DNA of 64,000 nt from Candidatus Latescibacterota bacterium (GTDB lineage Bacteria > Latescibacterota > UBA2968 > UBA8231), in assembly GCA_965221775.1 (NCBI GenBank), contig CBDCSU010000006.1, forward strand, positions 512,001-576,000, read 5' to 3'. Shown here piece after piece: positions 62,313 to 64,000 of the stretch (the first letter of the stretch is position 1; each line of letters starts with the position of its first letter). Made by a program: the position numbers and the translations under genes. Under the pieces are notes generated by a model. It did no database searches. It worked only from the letters and a program-made list of their open reading frames with translations, and was not told the DNA's origin.

Positions 62313-63275
62313 ATGAGTTGCAGGAGACTATTGGGGCTCCTTGGTGCAGGCATTCTGGCGGGGTGTGGCAGCGAGGAGCCAGTCGGTCCCGAGGTCGGCC
62401 GCCTGCGAGCCACCCTGGACGAACATGAAGCTGCGGTCACGTCCGTGGCGTTCTCCCCGGATGGCATTACTCTGGCGAGTGCCAGTTTTGACAGCACGAT
62501 CCGGTTGTGGAGTGCGGAAACCGGCCAGATCAGAGCCGTCCTCAAGGAGGACTGGAGCGGCGACTTCACTTCCGTAGCCTTCTCGGCGGATGGGAGACTC
62601 GTGGCTGCCGGCGGGGGAGACCGGGCCGTCCGCGCCTGGAGAGTGGACACCACCGAACGTTGGTGGACCTTCTGGGATCACGAAGATTGGGTTCGGTCGA
62701 TTGCGTTCTCCCCGGATGGCAACCTCTTGGCGAGCGGCAGCGACGACGAGACCGTGAGACTGTGGGGAGACCGCCGGGTCACTCTCAGGGGACACGAAGG
62801 CCCTGTCTGGTCGGTGGCGTTCTCCCCGGATGGAACCCTGTTGGCCAGTGGCAGTGACGATCAGGACATCCGCCTCTGGGAGGTGGAGACGGGCTACCAG
62901 AGAGGCACCCTGGCCGGGCATTCGGACCGGGTCGCTTCCGTGGCGTTTTCTCCCGACGGCAACCTGCTGGCCAGCGGCAGTGGAGATCGGACGGTCCGCT
63001 TGTGGGATGTTGCGACCGGCCAACAGAGAGATTCGCTCAAGGGCCATGGGGGTGCTGTCTGGTCAGTGGCCTTCTCCCCGGATGGGAGCACCCTGGCCAG
63101 CGGCAGCTCCGACGATAAGATCCGCCTGTGGGATGTGGCTACCGGCGAACCCAAGGGGGCCCTGACCGGACACAGGGATTGGGTGCGTTCGGTGTCATAT
63201 TCTCCGGATGGTACCACTCTGGCCAGCGGCAGCAACGACGGCACGATTCGGCTTTGGGATTTGACCTCGCCATGA
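62313..63275 (+). CDS. WD40-repeat lipoprotein (7-bladed propeller)
   Basis: Lipobox LAGC; seven (G)H...V.SVAFSPDG..LASGS.D..IRLW(D) repeats. Confidence 0.92.
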   Translation: MSCRRLLGLLGAGILAGCGSEEPVGPEVGRLRATLDEHEAAVTSVAFSPDGITLASASFDSTIRLWSAETGQIRAVLKEDWSGDFTSVAFSADGRLVAAGGGDRAVRAWRVDTTERWWTFWDHEDWVRSIAFSPDGNLLASGSDDETVRLWGDRRVTLRGHEGPVWSVAFSPDGTLLASGSDDQDIRLWEVETGYQRGTLAGHSDRVASVAFSPDGNLLASGSGDRTVRLWDVATGQQRDSLKGHGGAVWSVAFSPDGSTLASGSSDDKIRLWDVATGEPKGALTGHRDWVRSVSYSPDGTTLASGSNDGTIRLWDLTSP

Positions 63276-63353
63276 CAAGAGACCCAAGGCGCCCGGTGGC
63301 TGTAGCGGCCTTCAAGAGAAGCCCTTGGTCCTGGGCGGCGATGCGGTTTCTAG

Positions 63354-63614
63354 CCCAATACCCCCAACCCCTTCAACAGCCGCACCCTGCTCGCCTACCG
63401 CCTGGCCGCCCCCGGAGTGGTGCGGCTCGAGCTCTACAATGCCCTCGGACATCGGGTGCACACACTGGTGCATCGGTTCCAGGCCGCCGATGAATACCAA
63501 GTCGCTTGGGACGCCCGCGACGGCCAGGGGTCGGCGGTTTCCTCGGGGATGTACCTGACGCGACTCCACTACCCAAACGGCGTGCAGACTCGGCGGTTGC
63601 TTCTCCTCAAGTAG
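63354..63614 (+). pseudogene. Orphan FlgD-Ig/T9SS-like C-terminal domain
   Basis: After an in-frame TAG at 63351: PNTPNPFNSRTLLAYRL...LYNALG..V.TLV...WDARD..G..VSSGMYL.RL...TRRLLLLK*. Confidence 0.75.
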
Positions 63615-63897
63615 GGCCGCCCCGGTTTCGGCGTGTCACCGTGCCAGGCCGTCCTGGACCTGATTCCCCATCGCCTGCTTGGCACCGTCCTCGTCCAGTG
63701 ACCAGCTCCATGGGATCAGGCGATGATTCGCTCTCCCTGCTCCACAGGCCCTGGCTCATCCGCGGCATCGACCAACCTGCTGCCGGGGTCTGTTCGGGAC
63801 ACCCGGGATTGGGACTGCCACCCACAACCCGGTCAGAGAGGTCACAGACCAGCCCGGTTCGTACCAGATCCTTCCTGACAGTGGAGGGATACACCCA

Positions 63898-64000
63898 ATG
63901 CAAGTCCCCACTCTTCGTCCCGCCATCCTGGCCTTCATCGCCCTCCTCAACTCGCTGGCCGGGGTCGTCCACGCTTCGCCCCCGCCCACCCACAGCGTGC
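63898..64000 (+). CDS. 5' end of a secreted protein, truncated by the window edge
   Basis: GGAGG RBS; MQVPTLRPAILAFIALLNSLAGVVHASPPPTHSV signal peptide. Confidence 0.55.
   Translation, partial: MQVPTLRPAILAFIALLNSLAGVVHASPPPTHSV

Noticed and set aside
62400-63260. CRISPR-like periodic repeats
   Set aside because: Periodicity is explained by the coding WD40 repeats; no cas genes or constant repeat-spacer array anywhere in the window

Overview
High-GC bacterial chromosomal window. The gene content (FlgD-Ig/T9SS-like C-terminal domains, PorV-family barrel, DUF6785 membrane protein, several PhyH dioxygenases, WD40/TPR lipoproteins) suggests a Latescibacterota/Gemmatimonadota-like, possibly host-associated genome; this is inference only. 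Layout: (1) 1-5.2 kb TA/defence islet with VapBC, two toxin-less DUF1778 antitoxins, an AAA-PD-(D/E)XK protein and an orphan nuclease-like gene. (2) DUF997-sodium:solute symporter-sulfotransferase-YbaK operon and a Tat-exported PLP enzyme. (3) TonB receptor + CTD-bearing secreted protein + PorV cassette. (4) Carbohydrate/catabolic genes. (5) hemC and cobA-hemD. (6) Nitrogen cluster: NifA-like activator, amtB, glnK, porin, glnA, with a sigma54 promoter and a GACA-N4-TGTC-type palindrome found as two pairs with identical 30-bp spacing. (7) Housekeeping genes queG, rseP, cdsA, uppS, ygfA, dus, ino1. (8) Restriction-modification pair plus a low-GC HEPN gene. (9) A decayed accessory region (58-64 kb) with fragments of one secreted-protein family and an OMP/TPR/WD40 trio. 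No rRNA, tRNA, CRISPR array or transposase was recognised. All calls come from motif reading without database searches; several starts were moved from the ORF track to a better start codon.
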